Shown piece after piece: positions 1 through 9,200 of a stretch of DNA of 64,000 nucleotides. The stretch covers positions 62,001-126,000 of the IMG/VR virus record IMGVR_UViG_3300042868_005134; one strand, given 5' to 3'. Under the pieces are notes generated by a model, which did not search any database, was not told the DNA's origin, and worked only from the letters and a program-made list of their open reading frames with translations. Made by a program: the position numbers and the translations under genes. Each line of letters starts with the position of its first letter. Position 1 is the stretch's first letter.

Positions 1-1179
1 GCCAACATCTCCTTGTGATCCAGTATACCCTACATCTCCTTGACTTCCTGTATAGCCAGTATCACCAAATGATCCAGTATACCCTACATCTCCTTGACTT
101 CCTGTATAGCCAGTATCACCAAATGATCCAGTATACCCTACATCTCCTTGACTTCCTGTATATCCTTTTGGTCCTACAATATTACCTACATCTGACCAAA
201 AATTTCCGACCCATACGTTTAAATGTCCGTTATCCAAAGTGATATACCCGTCGCCTGTATCTCCTGTGTAAGATGCCGGGAGGTCTGTATATGTAGCAGT
301 ACTTCCTACAATTTTTACAGAAGTGCCGTCTACGCCCGCACTACCAGTATAGCCAGTATCACCAAATGATCCAGTGTACCCAACATCTCCTTGTGATCCA
401 GTATAGCCAGTATCACCTTTTGATCCAGTGTAACCGATATCTCCTTGGTCACCCTGACTACCAGAATACCCCTGACTACCTAGGAATCCTCTAGATCCTG
501 TATAACCAATTACACCCTGTGGACCTTGCTGCCCCTGACTACCAGTAAAACCTCTAAAACCTTGTTCACCTGAAATACCAGTATCACCTTTTGATCCAGT
601 GTAACCCAAACTACCTGAATAACCATTACTGCCGGTAAATCCATCTCCTCCCTTACTTCCAACGAAACCAGTACTGCCGGTAAATCCTTCACTGCCTGTA
701 TAGCCTATGTTGCCTTGGCTACCCGTAAATCCAGTGATACCTCGACTACCAGTAAATCCACTAATAGGTGTCTGAGCTGCACCAATATCAAGCCATTGAG
801 ATCCGGTCCAAATGTATAGATGTGTATCGTCTATACTGACAAGTGCATCGCCAAGATCACCAACGTAGTTTTGCGGTAAATCGGCTTCGGTATTGACACT
901 GCCTACTAGTTTAAAAGAACTACCCGATGAAGCATCAACAAATTCTAAAGAATCTTCTGTGGCATTTACTGCTAGAAATTTTCCAGCGGCGCCCAAATAC
1001 GAACTTGGTGTATCTGGAAGTTGAAGAAGAGTAAAAATGGGCAGGCCGCCCGAGGTGACACCGTTACCTAGTCTAAACTCTCCGGTTTCGACATTAAAAA
1101 CTATTTGGCCTTCTTCGGCTACATAATCTTCAAAGTCACTCTTTACTAAACCTGCTTTTATCTTTCGAAAGAATGCCAT
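1..1179 (-). CDS. Collagen-like (Gly-X-Y) tail fibre protein, runs off the left edge
   Basis: Not in ORF track (no stop in window). ATG at 1179 with SD AGGAGCGAAA (1180-1189); reads MAFFRKIKAGLVK...FRLGNGVTSGG then GYTGSQGD-type repeats. Confidence 0.85.
   Translation of the reverse strand, partial: MAFFRKIKAGLVKSDFEDYVAEEGQIVFNVETGEFRLGNGVTSGGLPIFTLLQLPDTPSSYLGAAGKFLAVNATEDSLEFVDASSGSSFKLVGSVNTEADLPQNYVGDLGDALVSIDDTHLYIWTGSQWLDIGAAQTPISGFTGSRGITGFTGSQGNIGYTGSEGFTGSTGFVGSKGGDGFTGSNGYSGSLGYTGSKGDTGISGEQGFRGFTGSQGQQGPQGVIGYTGSRGFLGSQGYSGSQGDQGDIGYTGSKGDTGYTGSQGDVGYTGSFGDTGYTGSAGVDGTSVKIVGSTATYTDLPASYTGDTGDGYITLDNGHLNVWVGNFWSDVGNIVGPKGYTGSQGDVGYTGSFGDTGYTGSQGDVGYTGSFGDTGYTGSQGDVGYTGSQGDVG
17..159. 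repeat. 54-bp tandem repeat (about 2.6 copies) within the collagen-like coding region
   Basis: gatccagtataccctacatctccttgacttcctgtatagccagtatcaccaaat at 17-70 and 71-124, partial 125-159. Confidence 0.9.
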
Positions 1180-1197
1180 TTTCGCTCCTGGCCGTTC

Positions 1198-1467
1198 TTA
1201 TCTAGTAAACGGGCTTCTTAATGGACTTAGTGGAGGTGATGGTTCTGTTTCGTTCTGTGTCAGGTCTTGGATGACCGGACTTAGTTTGCCTACCTGCGCT
1301 TTCTTTAATTCCAACTCCTGTTGTAGTGGACTAACCATTACGGGATTGTCGTCTAATTCTGCTGGATCTGTCGCCTGGTCGGTTCCGGACATGTCTATCT
1401 CAGGATCGCCGTCGCCGTTGATCTTGATAGTGATTGGTACATTAATGGTAAATTCTCTTGCTCTCAT
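1198..1467 (-). CDS. Hypothetical protein, paralogue of 4216-4560
   Basis: Shared motif PV..sPLQ.eLE.kK..G; lies upstream of a fibre gene. Confidence 0.7.
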   Translation of the reverse strand: MRAREFTINVPITIKINGDGDPEIDMSGTDQATDPAELDDNPVMVSPLQQELELKKAQVGKLSPVIQDLTQNETEPSPPLSPLRSPFTR

Positions 1468-1500
1468 ATGTTTTTCCAGTATTAGATATTTATCGTATAG

Positions 1501-1529
1501 TTGACATGCTCAGTGAAAGACTGTATAAT
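1501..1529 (+). promoter_or_regulatory. sigma70 promoter, leaderless start at 1535
   Basis: TTGACA 1501-1506, 17 bp, TATAAT 1524-1529; ATG begins 6 nt after the -10 hexamer. Confidence 0.85.
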
Positions 1530-1534
1530 AACTT

Positions 1535-1849
1535 ATGCGAATAAAACCTAACGAAAGTATTGCTGATTGGGCCAAAAGAGTCCAACAATACGAGTACGGC
1601 TACGCACTACAGCAAGTGGCCAAAGGTCAAGATGTAAATTTGGTTATGGAAGCAATGTCTGCTAGGATTGTTCAAAAAATGATACATCCCATGGTAAAAG
1701 CCTTACAAACTGGTACAGAAATTAGTCCTGAAGAGTTTGAAAAACATAAAACTCAGTATAACGAAGCTTATGCCAAACGCAGTCCCGTTGCTGACCACGT
1801 GGTTGATGACTCAGACGAGACTGATCAACTGGGTAACACCAAAGACTAA
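1535..1849 (+). CDS. Stand-alone protein resembling the glutamyl-tRNA reductase (HemA) C-terminal dimerisation domain
   Basis: ALQQVAKGQDVNLVMEAMSARIVQKMIHPMVKALQ resembles the HemA C-terminus; own consensus promoter. Confidence 0.55.
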   Translation: MRIKPNESIADWAKRVQQYEYGYALQQVAKGQDVNLVMEAMSARIVQKMIHPMVKALQTGTEISPEEFEKHKTQYNEAYAKRSPVADHVVDDSDETDQLGNTKD

Positions 1850-2041
1850 CATCTGCTTAGATTCCAAGCTATCTGCTTCTGCTTCCAAAGCGTCAGTTCT
1901 AACCAAGTCTTCCAGTATGGCTCGATATTCATCTGTGCTCACTTGTCCTGCTTGGTGTGCCGCTACTAATTGTAACGCATACTGAGCACGTTGGGCAGCA
2001 GGACTGTTGCCTGCGGCCAATTGTTGTAACGCTTGAGTCAT
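1811..2041 (-). CDS. Hypothetical protein
   Basis: Coupled (TAATG) to the upstream lipoprotein gene. Confidence 0.65.
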   Translation of the reverse strand: MTQALQQLAAGNSPAAQRAQYALQLVAAHQAGQVSTDEYRAILEDLVRTDALEAEADSLESKQMLVFGVTQLISLV

Positions 2042-2427
2042 TAGAATCTCCCTTGTACGGTTTTGGCAGCGATATCAGCCTGCTGTATCATCAGCTTCTT
2101 CTTGATGTCGCAATAGATAGCACTGACTGGTTGCGGCCTGTCTGAGAACTCTTTAACAGTGGATCGCATGGTGTCCAACAACTTGTTGACATCTTTAGTA
2201 TCTTTGCTTTCACTGTACAATTGAAACCATTGTAAGTTGGTTGTGATAGCTTTTAGCTGTGCTGTTTGATCCTGCTTACAATCAAAGTTATGTGTTTGTT
2301 GTCTAAGATCCGTTACCACTTTAGCTTGGTTAACATCCCAACGACTGGGAATCCAATCCTTAACAGATTGAACTGTTGAGCAACCTTGTAATAAAACTAT
2401 CGCTGATAAAATTACAAGATGTTTCAT
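2041..2427 (-). CDS. Putative lipoprotein
   Basis: Probable start MKHLVILSAIVLLQGC with lipobox LQGC. Confidence 0.7.
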   Translation of the reverse strand: MKHLVILSAIVLLQGCSTVQSVKDWIPSRWDVNQAKVVTDLRQQTHNFDCKQDQTAQLKAITTNLQWFQLYSESKDTKDVNKLLDTMRSTVKEFSDRPQPVSAIYCDIKKKLMIQQADIAAKTVQGRF

Positions 2428-2428
2428 G

Positions 2429-2869
2429 TCAGTTACACCAGCTTTGTTTAGCTTCGCCGTAATACTCGCGGGCAAACCCGTTAGCAATTAACTGAGCACG
2501 TAAGCTCTTACCATTTAGAATGAGGTCGCCCAGTACACGGCCACCGAACTTATCCCAACTGTATAAAATGACTTGTCGCTGTTGGCTGGCGTTAATGAGA
2601 CCTTTAGTGAAAGCGCTAGCGGCTTCGCCACGAGACTTTTCGCTGTCGCATTGACCTCTAAATCCTTTTTCCGGAGTATCGACGCCATAGACTCGTACCG
2701 CAAGTTCGGGCTTAAGGGGCAAGGGTAGAAAGGGTGCGGCGATAACAACTGTATCGCCATCCGTTACTCTGATAATTTGTGCGTCATATGTCACGCCCTG
2801 TGGTGTTTTTTGTGCTAGGGCAGGAATTGCTGCAATTGCTAATAATAGAGATAGTAATAGTTTTTTCAT
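2429..2869 (-). CDS. Thermonuclease (SNase) family nuclease with signal peptide
   Basis: VTDGDT, RVYGVDTPE, DKFGGRVLG motifs; N-terminal signal peptide. Confidence 0.9.
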   Translation of the reverse strand: MKKLLLSLLLAIAAIPALAQKTPQGVTYDAQIIRVTDGDTVVIAAPFLPLPLKPELAVRVYGVDTPEKGFRGQCDSEKSRGEAASAFTKGLINASQQRQVILYSWDKFGGRVLGDLILNGKSLRAQLIANGFAREYYGEAKQSWCN

Positions 2870-2900
2870 AATTTGTATTTAAGTCAGTGTTGATATTTCG

Positions 2901-4205
2901 TTATCTTGGAGGTTCTTCATCAGGTGGGGGAGTTGGATCTGCTGCGATGTAGGTTATGGTGCCTATCATGACATAGTCTTGATCTGGGAAAGTAAGGTTA
3001 GTTTCATTCAGTAGTGCGATATAGGCACTGGGACCTGAAGCCAAGCCATGCCAATACAGATCTACCTTGGTACTGCCACCTAATACCTTGCCAGACACAT
3101 GTGTTGGTGTAAGACCAAACTCAAAATAATCCAACACAAGATTGCCTATGTGTTCTGACACGCCTGCTCCTCCTGTGGTGTCAAAGGCTGTGAATGGTAG
3201 ATCTATCAGCTGTATTGAAGTAGGTATAGCAATGGTGTGTGCGCTGACTTGTATGGTAAAATAGCAGGTCACATGCTTGCCAGTTTTCACATAACGGCCT
3301 TCTTGTTTGGCATAGGTAAAAGAGCCAAAACCTGTGTTGGTTTTTAATGCGGGAGTCCATGTGCCCAACAGTTGGGTAATGCCAGTGATAGTAACATCGG
3401 CCACACCAGCATTATAAACTGCTGACACTGTGTCGCCAATGAAATTAATTGCTGTAACTGGCAGGCTCAAAGACAAGCCTTCGTCTTTGACTATGATGGT
3501 GTTGCTGGCCGCTGCTGCTGGAATGGTCACTGTGACGTCATTGGACATGGATACTGTGGCAGTGACTCCTGCACCCACAAAATTAATCATATTTGGATGA
3601 CTGGTCAACACAGAATTTTCATCTCTAATTTCTATGCCTCTAACTTTTACCTCTACATTACCTGGAGTAGGCACTGTGGCAATGACACCTGGGCCAACAA
3701 AGTCCAAGGTAGAAACAGCAGTGCTTAAAGTTGTGCCTTCGTCTTTGGCCGCGATGGTGTTGCTGGCTGCGGCAGCTGCTGGAATGGTCACTGTGACCAC
3801 ATTTCCCACAGCAGTGGCAGTGACTCCTGCGCCAACAAAATTCATGCTGTTGGCTGTAGCCGCAACAATGGAGCCTTCGTCACTGACTGCGACTCCAGCA
3901 ATGCCGCCTGGAATGGTCACATCCACATCACCAGTAAGTGGATTGCCCACTGTGGCTGTGACTCCTGCACCTATAAAGTTAAGGCTGCTGGCAGCAGCAG
4001 TCAAAATAAGATTTTCATCTTTGACCAATATGATACCACTGCCGCCACCGCCGCCCAGTATGATTATGCCACCAGGAGTTACTCCGTCACCTATACGCAG
4101 AGTGTGCGTGACTTTGTCATACCAAATTCTATCTTCTTGACCTATTCTGGTGGATCCGTCGCCGTAGTTGCGTCTACCTGAAAAAATATCTTGTGTAAAC
4201 GGCAT
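2901..4205 (-). CDS. Tail fibre/virion appendage protein with DEG...NF(V/I)GAGVTAT repeats
   Basis: Five ~45-aa repeats; N-terminal LRIGDGVTPGG motif; C-terminal GRYVKTGKHVT fibre-like domain. Confidence 0.75.
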   Translation of the reverse strand: MPFTQDIFSGRRNYGDGSTRIGQEDRIWYDKVTHTLRIGDGVTPGGIIILGGGGGSGIILVKDENLILTAAASSLNFIGAGVTATVGNPLTGDVDVTIPGGIAGVAVSDEGSIVAATANSMNFVGAGVTATAVGNVVTVTIPAAAAASNTIAAKDEGTTLSTAVSTLDFVGPGVIATVPTPGNVEVKVRGIEIRDENSVLTSHPNMINFVGAGVTATVSMSNDVTVTIPAAAASNTIIVKDEGLSLSLPVTAINFIGDTVSAVYNAGVADVTITGITQLLGTWTPALKTNTGFGSFTYAKQEGRYVKTGKHVTCYFTIQVSAHTIAIPTSIQLIDLPFTAFDTTGGAGVSEHIGNLVLDYFEFGLTPTHVSGKVLGGSTKVDLYWHGLASGPSAYIALLNETNLTFPDQDYVMIGTITYIAADPTPPPDEEPPR

Positions 4206-4215
4206 GGTTTATTCC

Positions 4216-4560
4216 TTAGCCAAGTGGGTCTTCGTTGTCAGTTTCGTGTTGCATCACGGCCTTGATTCCTGTGAGTTTTTTGATGTCTTGTAACTCATCT
4301 GTTTCTTCATCATAAAAACTGTCAACCCCTGCTGATTTTTTTAAAATTTCCAACTTGGCCTGTAAAGGAGGAAGTAGAACAGGACTAGGATCTAATTCAA
4401 CATCGCCGTTAGCTGAATCGGCGCCGTCATCTACATCTTGTTGAAAGTGATCGTCAGTTGGGGCAGTGTTTCTTGGACGAGTTGTGTCATCGCCGCCTTG
4501 AGCGTTACCGTCCAGCTCGTCTGCTAGATTGCGTAGTATGTCTGCCATTTTCATATACAA
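4216..4560 (-). CDS. Hypothetical protein, paralogue of 1198-1467
   Basis: SPVLLPPLQAKLEILKKSAG motif. Confidence 0.7.
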   Translation of the reverse strand: MYMKMADILRNLADELDGNAQGGDDTTRPRNTAPTDDHFQQDVDDGADSANGDVELDPSPVLLPPLQAKLEILKKSAGVDSFYDEETDELQDIKKLTGIKAVMQHETDNEDPLG

Positions 4561-4651
4561 TATCCTATTAACTAATATTTATCACTGGGTCACGGTTTCC
4601 ACTGTAGAAATTTTTTCGTATTAGTGCTATAAACTGCTAATATTTAGTCAT

Positions 4652-4674
4652 AAAAATAGGACCTTTCGATCCTA
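4652..4674 (-). terminator. Intrinsic terminator after the glycosyltransferase gene
   Basis: Minus strand TAGGATC-GAAA-GGTCCTA-TTTTT. Confidence 0.65.
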
Positions 4675-4722
4675 CTGCTGACTATTTGTCCTATTGTACG
4701 CCGTCAGCCCGGCGAGTAATAA

Positions 4723-5433
4723 TTAACTCCAATACTTAGATGAATCTAACTTGTCCCAGTATGCTTTATTATTGCGATTGACAAAGTTCTTAACTAGATA
4801 CTTGGCCATGCCCATGTAGCCCATCTTCTTGAATCTGCGGCTGTCTTGGCCAAAGTGATGACGAATGATTCTAAACTTTTTAGGACTGTATTTGCGGCTC
4901 AAGAAGAAGTCCTCGCTGGTTGAAAACTGTTCAGGAAAGCCACCAAATTCTTCAAAACGGTCTCTACGTGTCAGCATGAATGCTCCCACAGCAAATGGTG
5001 AGAAGAATTTCAATGCGTGGTTTATAGTGTTAAAAATAACAAAACCAATCTTGGCTCTTGGATCCCGATCATAGCATTTGATTTTTAACCCTATGAGATC
5101 CAAGTTCTTTGATTCCATTGTGTTAACAGCATCATGAATCACAGTATCTTTAAAGAAACGCACGTCAGCATCGATGAACAGAATGTAGGGCGTAGTGACT
5201 AGACGTGCTCCATTATTCTTAGCCAATGACACAGGGCCGCCGTCAATAACTTCAACATTCAGTTCACCTTTCATTATTTCTATAACTTCACGGGTGTTGT
5301 CAGTTGAGCAGTCAGCAATGATAATTCTAGTATCTCCTATAGACTGTTGGCGTAAGTGCATTAATAAGTGAGCAATGTAGTTTTCCTCATTCTTACAGGG
5401 CACAACAATAGTAATTTTATCATTGAGATTCAT
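4723..5433 (-). CDS. Glycosyltransferase family 2
   Basis: IVVPCKNEE, DCSTDNT, FIDAD, GGFPE..SED motifs. Confidence 0.9.
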   Translation of the reverse strand: MNLNDKITIVVPCKNEENYIAHLLMHLRQQSIGDTRIIIADCSTDNTREVIEIMKGELNVEVIDGGPVSLAKNNGARLVTTPYILFIDADVRFFKDTVIHDAVNTMESKNLDLIGLKIKCYDRDPRAKIGFVIFNTINHALKFFSPFAVGAFMLTRRDRFEEFGGFPEQFSTSEDFFLSRKYSPKKFRIIRHHFGQDSRRFKKMGYMGMAKYLVKNFVNRNNKAYWDKLDSSKYWS

Positions 5434-6184
5434 GATTGTCTTTCTCCTTGGTCCAAGTTATGATTTCCCAGCGACCACTGTGGTGTTCTACCAATGCGGT
5501 ACACGACTCAACCCAGTCGCCATCATTCATATAAGTTACACCGTTAATCTCTTTGATCTCTGCGTGATGTATGTGTCCACATATAACGCCATCAAAGCCA
5601 CGCTTCTTACAGTAGTTGGCCAAATTTTCTTCAAACTTGAACACAAAGTCTACTGCTTTTTTAACCTTGTACTTAAGATAACGGCTAAGGCTAAAGTACC
5701 CAAAACCCATACGGCGACGAATCCAATTAAACTTATTGTTGAGTGTAAGAATAAAGTCATATGCTCGATCTCCCAGGAATGCTATCCATGGTGCAAGACG
5801 AGTAATACCGTCGAACAAATCTCCGTGTACTACCAAATAGTGTTTGCCATCTGCACCTATGTGTTCTGTTTGATTTTGTATTTCAATGAGACCAAACGAA
5901 AAACCATAAGGTATCATTGGTCTTAAAAACTCGTCATGATTGCCTGCTACATAAACAACTCTAGTACCACGCTTGGCATGCCCTAGTACTCTACGAACAA
6001 CATTGGTATGGCTCTGTTTCCAACGCCATTTGTTTTGTTGTATCTTCCAGGCATCTATTATATCGCCTACTAGATATAATGTATCACAACTGTTGTGTTT
6101 GAGGAAGTTGTTGAGCTTGTCCGCTTGACAGTCTTTGGTTCCGAGATGTACATCACTAACAAAGATCGAGCGGTATGTCTTCAT
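5420..6184 (-). CDS. Metallophosphoesterase, UDP-2,3-diacylglucosamine hydrolase (LpxH)-like
   Basis: SDVHLG, GDIID, GNHD, HGD, CGHIH, NDGDW motifs. Confidence 0.9.
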   Translation of the reverse strand: MKTYRSIFVSDVHLGTKDCQADKLNNFLKHNSCDTLYLVGDIIDAWKIQQNKWRWKQSHTNVVRRVLGHAKRGTRVVYVAGNHDEFLRPMIPYGFSFGLIEIQNQTEHIGADGKHYLVVHGDLFDGITRLAPWIAFLGDRAYDFILTLNNKFNWIRRRMGFGYFSLSRYLKYKVKKAVDFVFKFEENLANYCKKRGFDGVICGHIHHAEIKEINGVTYMNDGDWVESCTALVEHHSGRWEIITWTKEKDNHESQ

Positions 6185-6227
6185 ATACCATATTTACCGC
6201 CTAATCGATTACAATAAGATTACAAAG

Positions 6228-6665
6228 TTAAAAACTGTTATTGAACCAGCCTATCTTTCGGCCGTTGGTTATGCGTTTGTCATGTTCTTCCACACTGCTG
6301 GGATAACGCCAAGCCCATACAGCAACCATGGCCATGAAGATGCCTGTGTAAACAACACCTCGCATTGGCACACTGCCAAAGTACATGATTGCGAGACTCA
6401 CACTCATACTGGCCAACATGAAAAACTTTAGTTTTAAGGGGAACACACGTTTCTGTCCCCAGTTGGTTATGAACGGGCCGAAGGTTTTGTGATTCATAAT
6501 CCATGCGTGCATACGGGGACTACTCTTGGCAAAGCAATAGGCTGAGAACACCACAAAAGGACTATAGGGGATGCCAGGTGTGACAACCCCTATGTAGGCA
6601 AAACCCAAACTGACAAAACCTAAAACTTTCCAAAGAAACTGTTTCAAGCTAGGTACTCCAACCAA
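6228..6665 (-). CDS. YbaN/DUF454-family inner-membrane protein
   Basis: IGVVTPGIPYSPF...YCFAKSSPRMHAW...FGPFI. Confidence 0.85.
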   Translation of the reverse strand: MVGVPSLKQFLWKVLGFVSLGFAYIGVVTPGIPYSPFVVFSAYCFAKSSPRMHAWIMNHKTFGPFITNWGQKRVFPLKLKFFMLASMSVSLAIMYFGSVPMRGVVYTGIFMAMVAVWAWRYPSSVEEHDKRITNGRKIGWFNNSF

Positions 6666-7156
6666 CTTTCGTGTTTGACGTTGAACGGCAACTTCTTGCG
6701 CTTGTTGACCAGTTCATAGAAGTCTGGCTTGTATGGCTTGTATCTAGGCTTCATCTTGGTACTGGCGCCTTTGTTGGCATTACAAGTTCCGCAGGCCGTG
6801 ACAGTGTTATCAAAGGTTGTTTTACCACCCTTGCTCACGGGTATAACGTGATCCAAAGTACAGTCTTTCTTCTGTAAGTGTTTTTCACAGTAGGCGCAAA
6901 CATATGAGTCGCGTAGGTACACGTTGCTTCTAGAGAATCTAACAGTGGACTTGGCTTTCATGTAATCTCTCAACATGATGATGCTAGGCACAGGAGTTTC
7001 CCAATTGGCACTGTGTACGATCCAGTTGTCATGCCATGCTAGTACATGGGCCTTGTCTAAGACCATGTATCTAATGGCTTCCTGCCAGTCCACTGTAGAA
7101 ATTGGCAGAAAGCTGACTGGTGCGCCATCGGCGTTAAGTACGAGCGTATCTGACAT
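6644..7156 (-). CDS. HNH endonuclease (McrA-like)
   Basis: LVLNAD, RDSYVCAYC, TLDHVIPVSKGG, ACGTCN. Confidence 0.9.
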   Translation of the reverse strand: MSDTLVLNADGAPVSFLPISTVDWQEAIRYMVLDKAHVLAWHDNWIVHSANWETPVPSIIMLRDYMKAKSTVRFSRSNVYLRDSYVCAYCEKHLQKKDCTLDHVIPVSKGGKTTFDNTVTACGTCNANKGASTKMKPRYKPYKPDFYELVNKRKKLPFNVKHESWLEYLA

Positions 7157-7210
7157 TTTGAATATCCATTAAGTTGTTGCGAATACTGTATTATACAGTC
7201 TTCTTTGTAT

Positions 7211-7759
7211 TTAATCAAGTATTGATTGTGCGAATTCGGATCCTGAATGCTCAATTGATTCGGTCCATTGTGTTTGGCTGTTCAAACCAAATACCAGTTC
7301 ATGATTAGCTGTGGCTATTAGCCAACTGCTGTCATGTCTATAAGGCGGATTACCCTGTAGTTCATTTTCCAATTGATCCGCTGTCCATCCGCATAGTCCC
7401 ACGAATATGCGCCAACGTTTTGGCACATTGCCCATGGCCAAATTGTTTAATATGTCAGCACTTGAACTTAGGCTGAATTGTTCATTTACTCTTAGTGTGT
7501 TGGCACAACTCCATTCACTGCTGTGAAGCATGGTGAATGCTTTGACATTGACTGGGCCGCCCACATGTACAAAACCTTTAACATCCAAGTTCACATTGTG
7601 TTGGCTAGCAAACTCTGATACAGACATTTGACTTGGCTTGTTAAGTACCAGGCCAACTGCTCCACGGCCACTATGCTCTGTTAAAAATATAGTAGATTTT
7701 TCCCAGAAGTTTCCACGTACCTTGGGAGGCGCGATTAATAAATTACCTGTTAAGTTCAT
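7211..7759 (-). CDS. YqgE/AlgH-family protein
   Basis: Start at MNLTGNLLIAPP; GAVGLVLNKP, GGPV, GLCGW..QLENE. Confidence 0.9.
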   Translation of the reverse strand: MNLTGNLLIAPPKVRGNFWEKSTIFLTEHSGRGAVGLVLNKPSQMSVSEFASQHNVNLDVKGFVHVGGPVNVKAFTMLHSSEWSCANTLRVNEQFSLSSSADILNNLAMGNVPKRWRIFVGLCGWTADQLENELQGNPPYRHDSSWLIATANHELVFGLNSQTQWTESIEHSGSEFAQSILD

Positions 7760-7766
7760 GGAATAT

Positions 7767-9200
7767 TTAAGCCGCAAATATAGAGTTACCAACCACTTCG
7801 CCGCCTTTGGCCAGTAATTTATCTTTGTAGCTAATACTAGCACGACCTTTGTATGCCGCGTCAATATTAGATGTAAAGTTAACAATTTTATTTGGTACGC
7901 TTGGTAATATTTCTTTAGCACCAACAAGAATAGCATTAAGTTTTCTTCCGCTTGGAATTGGTAACATATTCAGACGTTTTTCTTTGCCCGAGGCTCCAGT
8001 GACTGGTTCAAACTGATATGGCGCACTGACTACCGAAACTACACTGTTACCCCATGTGCCTCTATTGGTACGATTCAATATTGCTGCCATTACCCATGCC
8101 ATAGCTTTAGTATCAGCTTCTTCTGCGGCTGTAACTTTAACCAGTGCTGTCCATTCCTCATCACTCATTTCTCTACCTAGGTATTTTTCAGCAGATTTTC
8201 TAGCAGATGCTACAGCAGGGTCATCGTTATTCATGATGTCGCCCACGTCCTGTGGATCAGTTGCGCTTACAAATTTACCTTTTACATCAGCTGGTGTGCT
8301 TTTTACAAACGAAATCTTTTTAGTAGCAATCAGTCTGTTCATTGCGCCAATTGTTTCTGGTCCAGGATCTCCGTCCACTGTTAAGCCGTTATCTCGTTGA
8401 AATTGTTTTACAGCGGCGCGGGTTTCTGGGCCTCTGGCGCCGTCAACACCGTGTTTGGGTAATTTGTATCCCAATGCCAACAATACTTTTTGTATGTCAG
8501 CCACAGCTGGATTTATGTTGCCGGTAGGCACACTTAATGATTGTGTTGCTGCCGCATGAGCCATTTTGTCTTCGCCTGGCTTCATGTTGTTGGCCGGGTC
8601 TTGTTTGTCTTTGGTTGTTGGTGCACCAGGTTTTGCGCCAGCAGGTCCAAGTGTAATGCCGCCTTTGGCTTTGACTTGGTTAGCAACATCTTTATATACA
8701 GCCATTGTGGCATGAACGCCGTCTGTTAATGGTTTGCCATTAATGTCAATAATCTCAACATTGATCGCTCCTTTAATTGCACTACGCACATCTTCTTGAT
8801 AGTCACCGCCATAGTATTTGGCTAAACTTGATCCACGGCCTGGTCCATTAGGAAACAGCATAAAGATTACAGTGGCACCCTGTGCCTGTACTTTGCTAAC
8901 TACATTGGCCACGTTGGCTGCAATGGCTTTAGGATCTTTTGGGGGCTTTTTAGACTGCTCCGATGCTTTCATAGCATTGGCAGTATCGTTCGCGCCCTGT
9001 GAAACCAATACTGTAGCACCTTTTGGTACTTTAGCAATATTTGCCAACATGGCGCTATCAGTACTACTTCTGCCGCCTATGGCTAAGTTAGTCCAATCTT
9101 TACCGCCTGCAGTAGCCACAGCCACAGCATGACTATCGCCAATAGTATAAAACTTACCAGCATCTTCTTTAAGAACTATCTTGAATTCATTGAATCTCAT
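7767..9200 (-). CDS. SGNH esterase + peptidoglycan-binding + SleB-like cell-wall hydrolase fusion
   Basis: IGDSHA/GAND/DGVH (SGNH blocks); VDG..GPET.AVKQFQ..GLTVDG (PG-binding); AEE...ILNR...VVSAPYQFEP (Hydrolase_2). Confidence 0.8.
   Translation of the reverse strand: MRFNEFKIVLKEDAGKFYTIGDSHAVAVATAGGKDWTNLAIGGRSSTDSAMLANIAKVPKGATVLVSQGANDTANAMKASEQSKKPPKDPKAIAANVANVVSKVQAQGATVIFMLFPNGPGRGSSLAKYYGGDYQEDVRSAIKGAINVEIIDINGKPLTDGVHATMAVYKDVANQVKAKGGITLGPAGAKPGAPTTKDKQDPANNMKPGEDKMAHAAATQSLSVPTGNINPAVADIQKVLLALGYKLPKHGVDGARGPETRAAVKQFQRDNGLTVDGDPGPETIGAMNRLIATKKISFVKSTPADVKGKFVSATDPQDVGDIMNNDDPAVASARKSAEKYLGREMSDEEWTALVKVTAAEEADTKAMAWVMAAILNRTNRGTWGNSVVSVVSAPYQFEPVTGASGKEKRLNMLPIPSGRKLNAILVGAKEILPSVPNKIVNFTSNIDAAYKGRASISYKDKLLAKGGEVVGNSIFAA

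Noticed and set aside
15-242. Plus-strand repetitive ORF / possible CRISPR-like repeat
   Set aside because: The repeats are contiguous with no spacers and are the antisense shadow of the collagen-like fibre gene.
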